This document shows positions 21,597 to 31,557 of a stretch of DNA of 64,000 nucleotides, piece after piece. How positions within the stretch are numbered: the first letter of the stretch is position 1; every line of letters starts with the position of its first letter. The notes under the pieces are model-generated. The model was not told the DNA's origin. It searched no databases and saw nothing but the letters and a program-made list of their open reading frames with translations. This DNA is from a virus (taxonomy: Duplodnaviria > Caudoviricetes), in the IMG/VR virus record IMGVR_UViG_3300029305_004466; one strand, written 5' to 3'. A program made the position numbers and the translations under genes.

Positions 21597-22337
21597 CTAA
21601 ATAAAAGGTATACCTGCAATATCACGCTCTCCATATTCATTGGTAATAGGATTTCCGCCTTGGAGCCCTCTGACTACCATACTACCACCTAAATATGCTC
21701 CACCAACAACCCCTGCTCTAATTCTATTTGTCTTTTTGTCATTGGTTGCAAAGTAATATCGTGGGTCTTTACCTTGTAAACTATATGCCTTTTTAGCTAA
21801 CCATTCCTTAGAAGAATCATCTAAAAAGTTGTCTACTATTTTATTTCCGCCTATTTTATTCTTCATGTCTTTTATGTATTTATCATGAATTGCACCTGCC
21901 GGAGCACCTTTTATCTGTCCTGCTATGGAAATCTGTTTAGCTTCAGCCTCTTGCAGATATGCCAAATAGTCTTTATCACCAAATCTATCTGAAATATCAG
22001 ATGCTATTTCTCTTGCTTCTTCGATATTTCCTGATGCTATTTTTTGTTTTAAAGTGCTATAAGAACTGGCATATTCTGCATTCGTTCTGGCTTCAGAGTT
22101 ATTGAACGTTCTCTGAAAATCGTCCATATTCAAATTACTCATTACAGTATTCTTTCTTGCCATACTTCTTCTGGCAACATTAGCAAGCTCGTCTGAAGAT
22201 TGTGCTATATAGGTATTGTAACCGTCTTGCAAACTTTCCACGGTAACGTTTTTGGAGATATTTCTTGCATAAGTCATTGCAGAATCCCCATATTTACCTA
22301 TCTTACCTTTTAAAAATTCCATTATATTAGTTGCCAT
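21597..22337 (-). CDS. Hypothetical protein
   Basis: Start trimmed to MATNIME; Gly-rich C-terminus GERDIAGIPFI. Confidence 0.5.
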   Translation of the reverse strand: MATNIMEFLKGKIGKYGDSAMTYARNISKNVTVESLQDGYNTYIAQSSDELANVARRSMARKNTVMSNLNMDDFQRTFNNSEARTNAEYASSYSTLKQKIASGNIEEAREIASDISDRFGDKDYLAYLQEAEAKQISIAGQIKGAPAGAIHDKYIKDMKNKIGGNKIVDNFLDDSSKEWLAKKAYSLQGKDPRYYFATNDKKTNRIRAGVVGGAYLGGSMVVRGLQGGNPITNEYGERDIAGIPFI

Positions 22338-22338
22338 A

Positions 22339-22713
22339 TCAACCACCCTTTGCAAAAGAATACTGTCCTCTATTCTCGTGCGGCTTAGAGGAAGAGCGTC
22401 CATAGTTTATTTTGTTCTTCATATTTTTATATACATTATCATTTGTCATTGGCTTATTTGATGGAATTAAAGTTCTACCATAGACATCGTATCCACTGGC
22501 AGCCATCTTTGCCTGCATATCAACAGTACCCCTAGTTAACATATCATATGATAAAGTTCCGCCATGATTTTCTTTAGAATATTTAGATTTACTTGCCTCT
22601 ATTTCCATTCTAATGTAGGAGCTTATCTGATTTTTAAACGTTGGGTCCTGTATGATTTGATATATCAATTCCTGCAATTGGTCTCTTTGTGTTTGAAATG
22701 GAGTATAAAACAT
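22339..22713 (-). CDS. Hypothetical protein
   Basis: 124 aa with GGAGG RBS. Confidence 0.5.
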   Translation of the reverse strand: MFYTPFQTQRDQLQELIYQIIQDPTFKNQISSYIRMEIEASKSKYSKENHGGTLSYDMLTRGTVDMQAKMAASGYDVYGRTLIPSNKPMTNDNVYKNMKNKINYGRSSSKPHENRGQYSFAKGG

Positions 22714-22724
22714 GGCTCTACCTC

Positions 22725-23717
22725 CTAGAAATCATCGTCTTCAAGAAGCTCAGAAGCACCCCAAACAGTACCAACAACCGCAGCCGTTGAAATAACTGGA
22801 TGCTTTTTCATATGACCCCACAAGCCAATGCCATCTTTACCTGTACCATTATTAACAACACTTTGTGCCACTTCTAAATCATTATCGCCATCTATAATTT
22901 CTCCAGATGAACCTCTTTGTACTTTTGGAGTATAACCGAGTCTTTTATTTACTTGGTCATATCTTTGTTGCCGTTCTTGCATATAAGCTTCATAAGCTGT
23001 TCTTTCTTTGCGATTTCCATTCCTATCTCTTTTTGGGTATTTTTTTTCTAATTCTGCATCTATTTGTTCATAATCTTTAATTCTTTTTTGTGTAAGTCTG
23101 TCATTAATTGAACCAGTTAATCCTTGTGTTGGACCGCTAACCACTTCACCATTTTCGTATTTATATCTTTGAGGACCAGATGTTTCACCGACTCTTCTGT
23201 ATTGCGGAATTCCATCTATAGGAGTATCTCCATTAAAAGCATTGGCAACATCTGCATCTACATCATATACTTCACCTTCAAGACTTAAAAGATTTTCTTT
23301 TTTCTTTTTTAGCATTTCATCTTTTCGTCTTTTTTTACTAGCTAAATTTTTACGAGTAGTTAAATTAGCTTTTTTTGCAATTCGCTCATAGCCAATTGCA
23401 TAAGTATTGCCTTCTAAAGCAATATTATCTAGGCTTTTTACATTATTAAAATTTATTTCATAACCAAAATCTTCGCCTATTTTTCCTATTACTTTATTCC
23501 AATCGTAATCTGTAGATTTTATTTTCTTTTTTACGCCAGCAACTGAACTGTCTATTGCTCTCGCACTATCGCCAGCCAAGAATAACGACTTATTGCTCTC
23601 TAAAAAATTATCAAAATAGGTATTTAAAATTTTATCGTCTACCTTTGTTACTCCACCAGCGAGTATACCCTTTTTAAAAAAGGCTAAAGCATCGCTTTTT
23701 AGAAAATTTTTAGCCAT
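22725..23717 (-). CDS. Hypothetical protein with C-terminal hydrophobic segment
   Basis: 330 aa with GGAGG RBS. Confidence 0.55.
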   Translation of the reverse strand: MAKNFLKSDALAFFKKGILAGGVTKVDDKILNTYFDNFLESNKSLFLAGDSARAIDSSVAGVKKKIKSTDYDWNKVIGKIGEDFGYEINFNNVKSLDNIALEGNTYAIGYERIAKKANLTTRKNLASKKRRKDEMLKKKKENLLSLEGEVYDVDADVANAFNGDTPIDGIPQYRRVGETSGPQRYKYENGEVVSGPTQGLTGSINDRLTQKRIKDYEQIDAELEKKYPKRDRNGNRKERTAYEAYMQERQQRYDQVNKRLGYTPKVQRGSSGEIIDGDNDLEVAQSVVNNGTGKDGIGLWGHMKKHPVISTAAVVGTVWGASELLEDDDF

Positions 23718-23728
23718 GGTTATCCCTC

Positions 23729-23980
23729 CTAATTAACTGAAGGTCGTAACAAATTATACTTCCTCTCAGCAAAATCCATTTCTTTCTTAACTTTCTTCAT
23801 CTGTCTTGAAATCTTAATCTTTTTAATTACATTATAGAACTTCAAGCTACAGTACTCTCTAAATAATCTCTGATATTCAAAGGTATTTTCTCTAAATGAC
23901 AGTCTGTACTTTTCTGATAAATCCTCAATCTTTTTATCTACTCTTTCGTATGGGTTCGTTTGCTTTGCTAAAATTGCCAT
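23729..23980 (-). CDS. Hypothetical protein
   Basis: 83 aa with GGAGG RBS. Confidence 0.5.
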   Translation of the reverse strand: MAILAKQTNPYERVDKKIEDLSEKYRLSFRENTFEYQRLFREYCSLKFYNVIKKIKISRQMKKVKKEMDFAERKYNLLRPSVN

Positions 23981-24006
23981 AATTAAATCCTCCTATTAAA
24001 TATACG

Positions 24007-24309
24007 TTAACATGTAATACCTTTGTCAGCTAACATCTTGTTATATTTTGCACTTTCAGTAATTTCACATTCTGGACAGAATATTTTATCTGATTCATTG
24101 CGTTTTATAAAGAATTCCTTGTCGCATTTCATACATTTACATGGTTTATCTTTACGGTTTTCTCTATTTGCTATAGGTATATTGTTGGTTTTACGGATTC
24201 TTTGGACAGAAACTCTAGCATAACCCAGTTGTTCCCCTATCTCTGAATCGGACAAACCTTCTTCTTGTGACATTCTTCTGATTTGTTCTACTATTAAACT
24301 CTTTGCCAT
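24007..24309 (-). CDS. HTH plus zinc-ribbon DNA-binding protein
   Basis: GLSDSEIGEQLGYARVSVQRIR helix-turn-helix; CMKC...FCPEC. Confidence 0.7.
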   Translation of the reverse strand: MAKSLIVEQIRRMSQEEGLSDSEIGEQLGYARVSVQRIRKTNNIPIANRENRKDKPCKCMKCDKEFFIKRNESDKIFCPECEITESAKYNKMLADKGITC

Positions 24310-24417
24310 TTGTTTTCAACTCCTTATGTTTTTGATACTTAATGTTACAATAAGTGTATCATATATTGTTAAAAAATAAAAGCAAAAATAATAGCAGGGA
24401 AACCCTGCTACGTTTTA

Positions 24418-24654
24418 TCATATAATATGTAAATGTTGTAATATTTCCATCTTAAGCTCTTTATCCGTTACGACCATCAGTTTATTTTTAGTTTCTTTTG
24501 TGGATTTTACCTCAACGAATACCTTTTCAGGGCCTATTTTTACTCCGGCATACTCAAGTGCTTGTTTCATAACTTCAATCGCCTTTTTTGTCCCTACCAT
24601 TACTTGGTAGCATTCTGCTACCATTTCATCAAACTGCTCTGTGTCCTTGTTCAT
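24418..24654 (-). CDS. Hypothetical protein
   Basis: 78 aa with GGGAG RBS. Confidence 0.5.
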   Translation of the reverse strand: MNKDTEQFDEMVAECYQVMVGTKKAIEVMKQALEYAGVKIGPEKVFVEVKSTKETKNKLMVVTDKELKMEILQHLHII

Positions 24655-24733
24655 TTAATCGCTCTCCCTTAATATGAAAAATTTTATATATATTTTTTTA
24701 GGATGGGGCGAAGCCCCACGCTATATACGGTTT

Positions 24734-25003
24734 TTATATTAACCCCACCCTCTTTAATATTTCAAACTTTACGCCTTCATCCTTTAATAACGCCATCTTG
24801 TCTTTTCTGATGTATTTATTTGGAACGAATACGTTAAACCTGCGTTCCGCTGGCGTTAATGATTGCGTAGCAATCTTAATTGCTTCAGGATGAGCAAGAT
24901 ATACGTTTATTGCTCTTAAATTTTGCAATTTTTTGTATTCGCCATGGGCGAATGCTTTTAATTCCTCAAGATTTTCATTGAAATATATGCCATTGCTGCT
25001 CAT
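24734..25003 (-). CDS. Hypothetical protein
   Basis: Start trimmed to MSSNGIY (GAGGTG RBS); first gene of the leftward arm. Confidence 0.5.
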   Translation of the reverse strand: MSSNGIYFNENLEELKAFAHGEYKKLQNLRAINVYLAHPEAIKIATQSLTPAERRFNVFVPNKYIRKDKMALLKDEGVKFEILKRVGLI

Positions 25004-25207
25004 ATTTACCACCTCTAACACCATTGTAGCACATATTGGGGAAAATTGCAACATTTTGTTACAGCCGTATAGGGTATTTTTATATATATATTTTTGGGGG
25101 GACTTGGTTTAATATTATGAACTTTGATTCGAAGTTCGGAACCCCACCCTATTTTGAATGGGCAGGGTGAAACAACAAAATCTTATATTATGAAAGGAGT
25201 CATTATT

Positions 25208-25750
25208 ATGGCAAACAACATCACAGGTAGTATTATTATTACCAACAAGACAGCAGAACTCACAGAAGAGGAAAGAATGGAATGTCTTAAAAAGGCAATG
25301 GATAGAATTACATTCCTCGAAGGCGTTGACAAAACATGGAAGGACTATGAACATGATATGCGTATGCTCAAGGCTATTGAAGATGGTGAGTTAGAGCCAG
25401 AATTTATTGCTCTTCTCACATTATCTAATAGTGAAAGAGAGCACGTAGAGAAGAACATGGAATACTACAGAATAGGTAGTGGCTTACATGACGCTCTATA
25501 TGTTAATCCTATCCCAACTGTAGAGTCTAGTCTTAGCAACGAAGAAACAGAAAGATTCGTAGCTATGCTTGAGGCTGAAGAAGAGTCATATCCATGGGAT
25601 GATGATTGGTATGAACAGTGGAGGGATGAACAAGCGGCATTACCAGACTATGGCTGTATTGACATTGATTGGGATGCCATGGATAAAGTAGTTGAAGAAC
25701 TTGACCTCATATATGCTGATTATATTGACAAGGAATTACCGTTCAATTAA
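25208..25750 (+). CDS. Acidic hypothetical early protein
   Basis: Start MANNIT after GAAAGGAG; very D/E-rich C-terminus ending ELPFN. Confidence 0.6.
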   Translation: MANNITGSIIITNKTAELTEEERMECLKKAMDRITFLEGVDKTWKDYEHDMRMLKAIEDGELEPEFIALLTLSNSEREHVEKNMEYYRIGSGLHDALYVNPIPTVESSLSNEETERFVAMLEAEEESYPWDDDWYEQWRDEQAALPDYGCIDIDWDAMDKVVEELDLIYADYIDKELPFN

Positions 25751-25812
25751 TTAGCCTACAGCTCCCTAGTATACGGAGCTATATAAATAGTATACTACTA
25801 CCCCTATATACC

Positions 25813-25865
25813 CCCGTCTACATGGTATGAGTCCATGTACTGATGATGGCATGAGCCGAAACGGG
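25813..25865 (+). ncRNA. Hammerhead ribozyme (type III) #1
   Basis: CCCGUC^ / stem I UACAUGG-UAUGAGU-CCAUGUA / CUGAUGA / U-GGC-AUGA-GCC / GAAA-CGGG; full catalytic core; predicted cut after 25818. Confidence 0.88.
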
Positions 25866-25924
25866 ATTATCAGTAAACTACTACATATATGTACCCGTTG
25901 CATAACAAAGGAAAGGAGTTCACT

Positions 25925-26248
25925 ATGATGAACACAAATTTAATTAATTTCGCAACTAATAAGGCTATCAATGACCATGATGGTAGAAAAGATGAATTAG
26001 CTGGTGTATGTTTACTTGCTAATGGCTTACTCGGAGCTATCCCTGCTACAAATAAGGCGTTCAGTATCAATGAATTGTATGTGGGTAAAGATGGCATGGC
26101 ACACATTAGTACCAATTCTATCAGTGGTACAGTAATGCCTTGGAATGACCTTACTACAAAAGAGGGTATCAAGGAATTTAATGATACCCTTACATTTGAT
26201 TCTAATAAGATAGTAAAGGTTATCTTCATTAAGGTTGTAGAAGCTTAA
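25925..26248 (+). CDS. Hypothetical early protein between two hammerheads
   Basis: Start MMNTNL after GGAAAGGAG. Confidence 0.6.
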   Translation: MMNTNLINFATNKAINDHDGRKDELAGVCLLANGLLGAIPATNKAFSINELYVGKDGMAHISTNSISGTVMPWNDLTTKEGIKEFNDTLTFDSNKIVKVIFIKVVEA

Positions 26249-26281
26249 AGCTTATGGTCCTGAGCATGACCTTAAAAGGCT

Positions 26282-26338
26282 CCCGTCTATATAGGGTAGT
26301 GCCTATATACTGATGATGGCAGCTATAGCCGAAACGGG
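26282..26338 (+). ncRNA. Hammerhead ribozyme (type III) #2
   Basis: CCCGUC^ / UAUAUAGG-GUAGUG-CCUAUAUA / CUGAUGA / U-GGC-AGCUAUA-GCC / GAAA-CGGG; stem I covaries with copy #1; predicted cut after 26287. Confidence 0.88.
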
Positions 26339-26407
26339 ATTATCAGCTAACCTAACAAAAATACATATAACGTATACCCGTTATACGAAAAGAAAGGAGA
26401 TAGTATT

Positions 26408-26686
26408 ATGAGCTATCAGACAAACAATCAGGAAATCAAGGAAATGAGACACATCAGCTACAAGATTCAGAGTGCTGAAAGAAGAAAACAGAGAATTTAC
26501 AATGCCATCTGTACCGTATTAGGGTACATTGGTATGGCTATATTCTCTATAGTAACGGCTCTTTTCTTCATGTATGCATGGATTGAGGAAGACAGAAGAT
26601 GGAATCCACCTGTTCTCGATACGATTGATTATGTTAATCCATATGAGACACCTGATGAGGAACCTTGGTATGTACCAGAAGCATAA
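26408..26686 (+). CDS. Small membrane protein
   Basis: Single hydrophobic segment AICTVLGYIGMAIFSIVTALFFMYAW; strong RBS. Confidence 0.6.
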   Translation: MSYQTNNQEIKEMRHISYKIQSAERRKQRIYNAICTVLGYIGMAIFSIVTALFFMYAWIEEDRRWNPPVLDTIDYVNPYETPDEEPWYVPEA

Positions 26687-26702
26687 GAAAGGAGGAAATA
26701 TT

Positions 26703-27131
26703 ATGAGAAAATACGATAACTATATCAATGAAATGGAATATACCTATATAAGCGGTTACAGAGTATTTTTATCCGAACATTCTATTCAGCGTATTAATGA
26801 AAGAATGTACTCAAGACAGGATGCTATTGAGGACACAATTTGCGACATTGTTAAGGTTATTAGTAATGAATTCATGTATAAGTATTTGTCTTATAACATG
26901 GGAAATCGTAATAACTATGAGAATGTTGATGTACTGGTATTTGATGTTCCGAATAATAAGGTATATGCTCTTAGGCTTAAGCCATTTAAGAAGCACATCA
27001 TCCTTAAAACAGTTGGTAATAGCAAAACAAGCGAGTGGCTATATGCTAATAAAAGACAGAGAATGTGTTGGATTTATCCAGATGCATTTAAGTTTAGTAC
27101 TGCAAATGGCAACATTACATGGTGTAAATAA
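26703..27131 (+). CDS. Hypothetical protein
   Basis: Start MRKYD after AAGGAGG; contains SEHSIQRINER. Confidence 0.55.
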   Translation: MRKYDNYINEMEYTYISGYRVFLSEHSIQRINERMYSRQDAIEDTICDIVKVISNEFMYKYLSYNMGNRNNYENVDVLVFDVPNNKVYALRLKPFKKHIILKTVGNSKTSEWLYANKRQRMCWIYPDAFKFSTANGNITWCK

Positions 27132-27138
27132 AGGAGGA

Positions 27139-27726
27139 ATGATTATGAAGATTAAGAATTTATTCTATGGTTTAGTAGGTATGATTGCATATTATAAATA
27201 TGCTATGGAAAACAAGGTTGATGTTAAGGCAACAAAAGAAAACAAAGTAGATACAATAAATGTTAACGGTAAAGAAGTAAACATTCACTGTATTCCTGAC
27301 ATAAATAAATATGGTATCTATTATTGTGCAGTTGTTATTGTTCCATTTAATACTTTTATTGCAGTAGATGAGTACTTCTATGCATTCCCTGAAAAAGTAC
27401 AGCAGGCAATGATTTATCATGAAGCTGGGCATTACGCACATGGTCACTACAACAAAGGAATAAAGTATATGTGGAATGTGTATGTAGAATTAGGCAAGAT
27501 TAAACTCACTAAAAAGAACACTAATCTATTACAGGAGCTTACTTTATTAACCAGAGATATTAGAGATGAGTTTGAAGCAGACAAATATTCTATGGACAAT
27601 GTAGGTTCTGAAGCGGCAATTCAAATGTTATACATGCTCAATGAGTTAATATGCGTGAAAATGGGATATGAAACTACAGAGTATGTTGACAGATATAACA
27701 ACTTAATGAAAGGAGGTGAATTCTAA
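27139..27726 (+). CDS. Zinc metallopeptidase-like protein (HExxH)
   Basis: AMIYHEAGHY...EFEADKY zincin motif; start trimmed to the AAGGAGG RBS. Confidence 0.7.
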   Translation: MIMKIKNLFYGLVGMIAYYKYAMENKVDVKATKENKVDTINVNGKEVNIHCIPDINKYGIYYCAVVIVPFNTFIAVDEYFYAFPEKVQQAMIYHEAGHYAHGHYNKGIKYMWNVYVELGKIKLTKKNTNLLQELTLLTRDIRDEFEADKYSMDNVGSEAAIQMLYMLNELICVKMGYETTEYVDRYNNLMKGGEF

Positions 27727-28121
27727 TGATTAAGACAACAGATAAGAACTTTGAGTACAGTAATGCAAGATACTTCGGTAGCTACCGAAGAACAGGGCAG
27801 CCTTACAATCCATATAAGGCTCGTGAAGAAGCTAAGAAGAAGGAGGGTAAATATGGTTTCAGAAAATACTAAAGACCGAATCATTGAGTGTGATGCCAGA
27901 ATCAAAGCGTTGGAAGACTTAAAGACCAGATGCAACAATCCAGATGGTATTCAGATGCTTATTGATGACATGAAGGCACGAAAAGAAAAGCTGATTAAAG
28001 AATAATACATACTTGATATTCTATCCGTTATTTATTATCGGCTTTAAAAAAAATTTTCTCTTTGAAAGGAGGTGATGCTAGTGTGGCTCTGTATGACACA
28101 CCCAGAAGGGAGGTGAATACA

Positions 28122-28421
28122 ATGAAAGATTTATTATTGTCACAGACCACAAAAGAATGCAAAAGATTAAACTCTTGTGGAGATGTACTCATTGATATGC
28201 TACATAATAATAAACTGGATAACTTTGATAAGGCATCTATTGCTTATCTTAATATTCAGTTTAACAATCTACAAGAGATTGCCGGAGCTCTAGATATGGC
28301 TATATTAAATAGCTATGAGGACAGAGAGCTATTATTAACCATAATCCCATATATAAATGACTTCTCATTTATGGTAGCTTCATTTACGGGAAAGATAATG
28401 GAGTTAAAGGAGATGATTTAA
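28122..28421 (+). CDS. Hypothetical protein
   Basis: Start MKDLLL after GGAGGTG. Confidence 0.5.
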   Translation: MKDLLLSQTTKECKRLNSCGDVLIDMLHNNKLDNFDKASIAYLNIQFNNLQEIAGALDMAILNSYEDRELLLTIIPYINDFSFMVASFTGKIMELKEMI

Positions 28422-28422
28422 T

Positions 28423-28614
28423 ATGGAGATAGTTGTTGCACTAGGAGCCGTTATAGGCTTCTTTATTTTTGCAGTTTTTGTCATTCAGGTGTTATTTGAT
28501 GCGGAAATAGACGAACTGCGAAGAAAGGATAAACGATACTATTACAAGAAGTATCTTTATCATAGAAAAGAGGCTAAGAAAGCCTACAAAAAATACAAGA
28601 AAGGTAAAAGGTGA
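28423..28614 (+). CDS. Small membrane protein with basic tail
   Basis: N-terminal TM segment; K/Y-rich tail. Confidence 0.5.
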   Translation: MEIVVALGAVIGFFIFAVFVIQVLFDAEIDELRRKDKRYYYKKYLYHRKEAKKAYKKYKKGKR

Positions 28615-29843
28615 TTATCATGACAAGAATTACAGAACTGTTAAGCAAGGCATTTGAGGAACTTACAAACGAGGAATTAGTAGAGTTAAAGACTCTCTTA
28701 GCAGAAAATGACATTGATGTTGATGTTATTGATGCAGAAACTTTAGAAACCATTAAGAACATTTTTAAGGAGGAAGATACTATGACAAACGCAACTTTAT
28801 TCCAGATTAAGAGAGACGGTAACTTTGAGGCAAACTTTTCCAAGAACATGACTGCATCCATTAGAGGCGTTGGTTTTGTTCAGGTGAGTGAGATGGAAGC
28901 GGTACACACCTATGCATTCGATGAAGTGATTCATGAAAAGATTCTTGAGAGAGTATTCTGCGAAGCTCAGGATGGTGGTGCTTTCAACTATTCCATGTCC
29001 GTTGGTGATGTTGTTAATATTGGTGATGACTGGTACAGATGCACATCCGATGGTTGGGATAACATTAATGATGAAGTTTCTATTACTGAAGCTTTTGATT
29101 ACACATTAAATAATAAGGAGGAAGAAGAAATGAACACAGCAGGGGCAGTAAGAGAGGAAGTAGAAGTAACTATGGGCGATAAGGCAAAAGAATTTGCTGA
29201 GGCTAGAAAGGAGGACCTTGAAAAGCTTTCCGGTTTCGTGATTGAAAACGTTCCAGTGGTTAAAGCAGAGGTAGAAAAGATGCTTCAGATGCCTAGTGAC
29301 AAGCTTGGTGATTATATTGTAGCCAATGGTAGTAAGGTCATCGGCAACATCATTAAGGGTGTTAAGGATTTCGCTTCTAGTAAGAAGAAGGAAGCTAAAG
29401 ACTTCCCATTCTTTGCAGATGCAGTAACCGAGAGTGCAGAGAAGGCAGAGGCGTTCGTTAAAACCGTTGAAGAGATTACCGATGAAGAAGGCAAGAAAGG
29501 CTGGGGTAAGATTAAGAAGATTGTAAAAGCACTCATTGGTTGGATTCTTAAGATTGTCATTAAGATTGGTGCTGTCATCTTCAAAGTTGCGTTAACAATT
29601 GCTGTTGGTATAATCGCAATTGGTAGTGCAGCCGTATTAACAGCAGGTAGCGTAGCTGGTATTGCTTACAAGGAGGTTGCTAAGCCTGTATTCAATGGTG
29701 GAAAGAAGGTGGTAACTAAGGTAAAGGATAAGATTGTAGACATTAAGGACTCTTTCACAGACGATTTCGATGAGTTATTCGAAGAAGAATCCGATGAGCC
29801 ATCCGAAGAAGAGTCCGATGACTTTGAGGGTGATGAAGAGTAA
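28611..29843 (+). CDS. YodL-like domain protein with C-terminal membrane segment
   Basis: LERVF...YSMSVGDVVNIGDDWYRCTSDGW resembles the YodL motif; hydrophobic region near the C-terminus; acidic tail. Confidence 0.55.
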   Translation: MIIMTRITELLSKAFEELTNEELVELKTLLAENDIDVDVIDAETLETIKNIFKEEDTMTNATLFQIKRDGNFEANFSKNMTASIRGVGFVQVSEMEAVHTYAFDEVIHEKILERVFCEAQDGGAFNYSMSVGDVVNIGDDWYRCTSDGWDNINDEVSITEAFDYTLNNKEEEEMNTAGAVREEVEVTMGDKAKEFAEARKEDLEKLSGFVIENVPVVKAEVEKMLQMPSDKLGDYIVANGSKVIGNIIKGVKDFASSKKKEAKDFPFFADAVTESAEKAEAFVKTVEEITDEEGKKGWGKIKKIVKALIGWILKIVIKIGAVIFKVALTIAVGIIAIGSAAVLTAGSVAGIAYKEVAKPVFNGGKKVVTKVKDKIVDIKDSFTDDFDELFEEESDEPSEEESDDFEGDEE

Positions 29844-30119
29844 TCAGTAACTATTAACTAGGGCTTTTGGGTGGTTGGATGGGCGAAAGGATGGGTATCC
29901 GGTACAAATGATAACCATTACTAATGACAAAAGGATAAGTATTGACTTCTAAGTTGACACCAATGGAATTGCTTGAAATTCCGGGGGATGGTTGTCGTTT
30001 AACTATCTCAGGAAATGATAATTCCCTGAGCAAGGGCTATTATCTTTTCTGAGTGTGAGGTGTTCTCTCAGGCGAAGGAGAGACTGGCTTTTTAATTTAT
30101 GAAAGGAAGGAAAACTATT

Positions 30120-30932
30120 ATGGCACAGAAAGAAGTAAGAAACAATGTAACTATCAACACAGCAAACAACAATATGAGAGGAGAAAATGTTATGACAAAG
30201 GATATGTTAAGAGAGGAATTAAAGAAACATGGTATCGAGATAAGCAACGTTCAGTTCAAGAAGACAAAGCACGAGAGACTTGTGGAAATGTTAGGTGAAG
30301 CTATTCAGGCACAGGTCCCAGAACATGAGATTGATAAGGCTAAGGTCGGAGCTTTTGAGGACAAGACTCCTGTTATTCCGCCTGTTGATGCTCCGATTGG
30401 ATTTGATTTTAATATTAAGACTGTTGACACCGAGCATCTTCAAAAGATTTGTCACAATATTTGGCTTCGTTCTTATGAATGCACTAAATCACTCAGCGAG
30501 GAGAATATCGGCAAGAGAATGATTAAGAAGAGTACATTATACAGAGCAATCTATGACGCTTATAAGAAAGAAATAGGTAAGACCGAAGTGCCAGATATGT
30601 TTTATCAGCGTGTTAACTGGTTCCTTAAACATAATGGATTTATTTCCATCACGAAGTATGACAACAATGCATATGTAATCTTCGTAGAAGATAAGTGTAA
30701 AGGGTCCGTAAAAGTAACCACTAATACAGTAGCAAAGATTGATATTACATTCCATAATGCTGATGTTCAGACTGATGGTGTTGTTAGTATCAATAAGGAC
30801 TACACTACCGTTCACCATGGCACATATTGTATTGCAATGCTCAAGAATAATACCCATGACATCCGTGTGACAGTAACCAAGGAAGCAGATACAGCTAAGG
30901 TTAACGCTTTAGTTGATGCTTTATTAGCTTAA
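30120..30932 (+). CDS. Hypothetical protein
   Basis: Start MAQKEV after GAAAGGAAGG. Confidence 0.55.
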   Translation: MAQKEVRNNVTINTANNNMRGENVMTKDMLREELKKHGIEISNVQFKKTKHERLVEMLGEAIQAQVPEHEIDKAKVGAFEDKTPVIPPVDAPIGFDFNIKTVDTEHLQKICHNIWLRSYECTKSLSEENIGKRMIKKSTLYRAIYDAYKKEIGKTEVPDMFYQRVNWFLKHNGFISITKYDNNAYVIFVEDKCKGSVKVTTNTVAKIDITFHNADVQTDGVVSINKDYTTVHHGTYCIAMLKNNTHDIRVTVTKEADTAKVNALVDALLA

Positions 30933-31007
30933 TTAGTAGTTATGGGGCGGTATTCATTATCGCCCCTTAAATTAATATTATTATTTTATTTTAAGGAGGA
31001 TTTTATT

Positions 31008-31337
31008 ATGACAAAGAAGCAGATTAGAAACGTAAAGAAGGTAATGGCAATGGTTGAGAACAAGAAGTTTTATGGTGGTGATTTTGACAGAGAATACACA
31101 TCTGTTGTTGAAGGTCCGTTATTCCGTAGCCCATTTATCCCTAGAGAATCTCAGTTTATTTCAAGTGCCACTGTAAATCCAGATGGACTTTGCTGTTTTA
31201 AGTCTGATACACTTAGAGCTCTTGGCGTTACAGAAAGTAAGCCAGAAAAAGAAGTGTGTGTTAATGTTAACTATTGTGATATACGTGGTACTCTTGTTGT
31301 ACCAGAGCATGTTGCAAAGTATTTAAAGAGTATTTAA
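31008..31337 (+). CDS. Hypothetical protein
   Basis: AAGGAGGATTTTATTATG leader. Confidence 0.55.
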   Translation: MTKKQIRNVKKVMAMVENKKFYGGDFDREYTSVVEGPLFRSPFIPRESQFISSATVNPDGLCCFKSDTLRALGVTESKPEKEVCVNVNYCDIRGTLVVPEHVAKYLKSI

Positions 31338-31351
31338 AGGAGGATTTTATT

Positions 31352-31537
31352 ATGAAGATGACAAAGAAGATGACAAAGAAGCAGTTAAACAAGGTAAAAA
31401 AGATAATGAAAAAAGTTTATAATAAGATGATAAAAACCACTAGATTTTGTAATGGTTATGGTTATGATAACTACGGAGAAGAGATTCCATTTTGCGGAGA
31501 AAAGTGCCCACTTCTTTGTAATTGTTTTAATAAATAA
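31352..31537 (+). CDS. Small basic Cys-containing protein
   Basis: Same leader; N-terminus similar to the 31008 product. Confidence 0.5.
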   Translation: MKMTKKMTKKQLNKVKKIMKKVYNKMIKTTRFCNGYGYDNYGEEIPFCGEKCPLLCNCFNK

Positions 31538-31557
31538 CAATTAAGGAGGATTTTATT

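Noticed and set aside
980-24223. Short plus-strand ORFs opposite the structural genes (and minus-strand ORFs opposite the early genes)
   Set aside because: Antisense shadows of longer genes, with no RBS or recognisable motifs.
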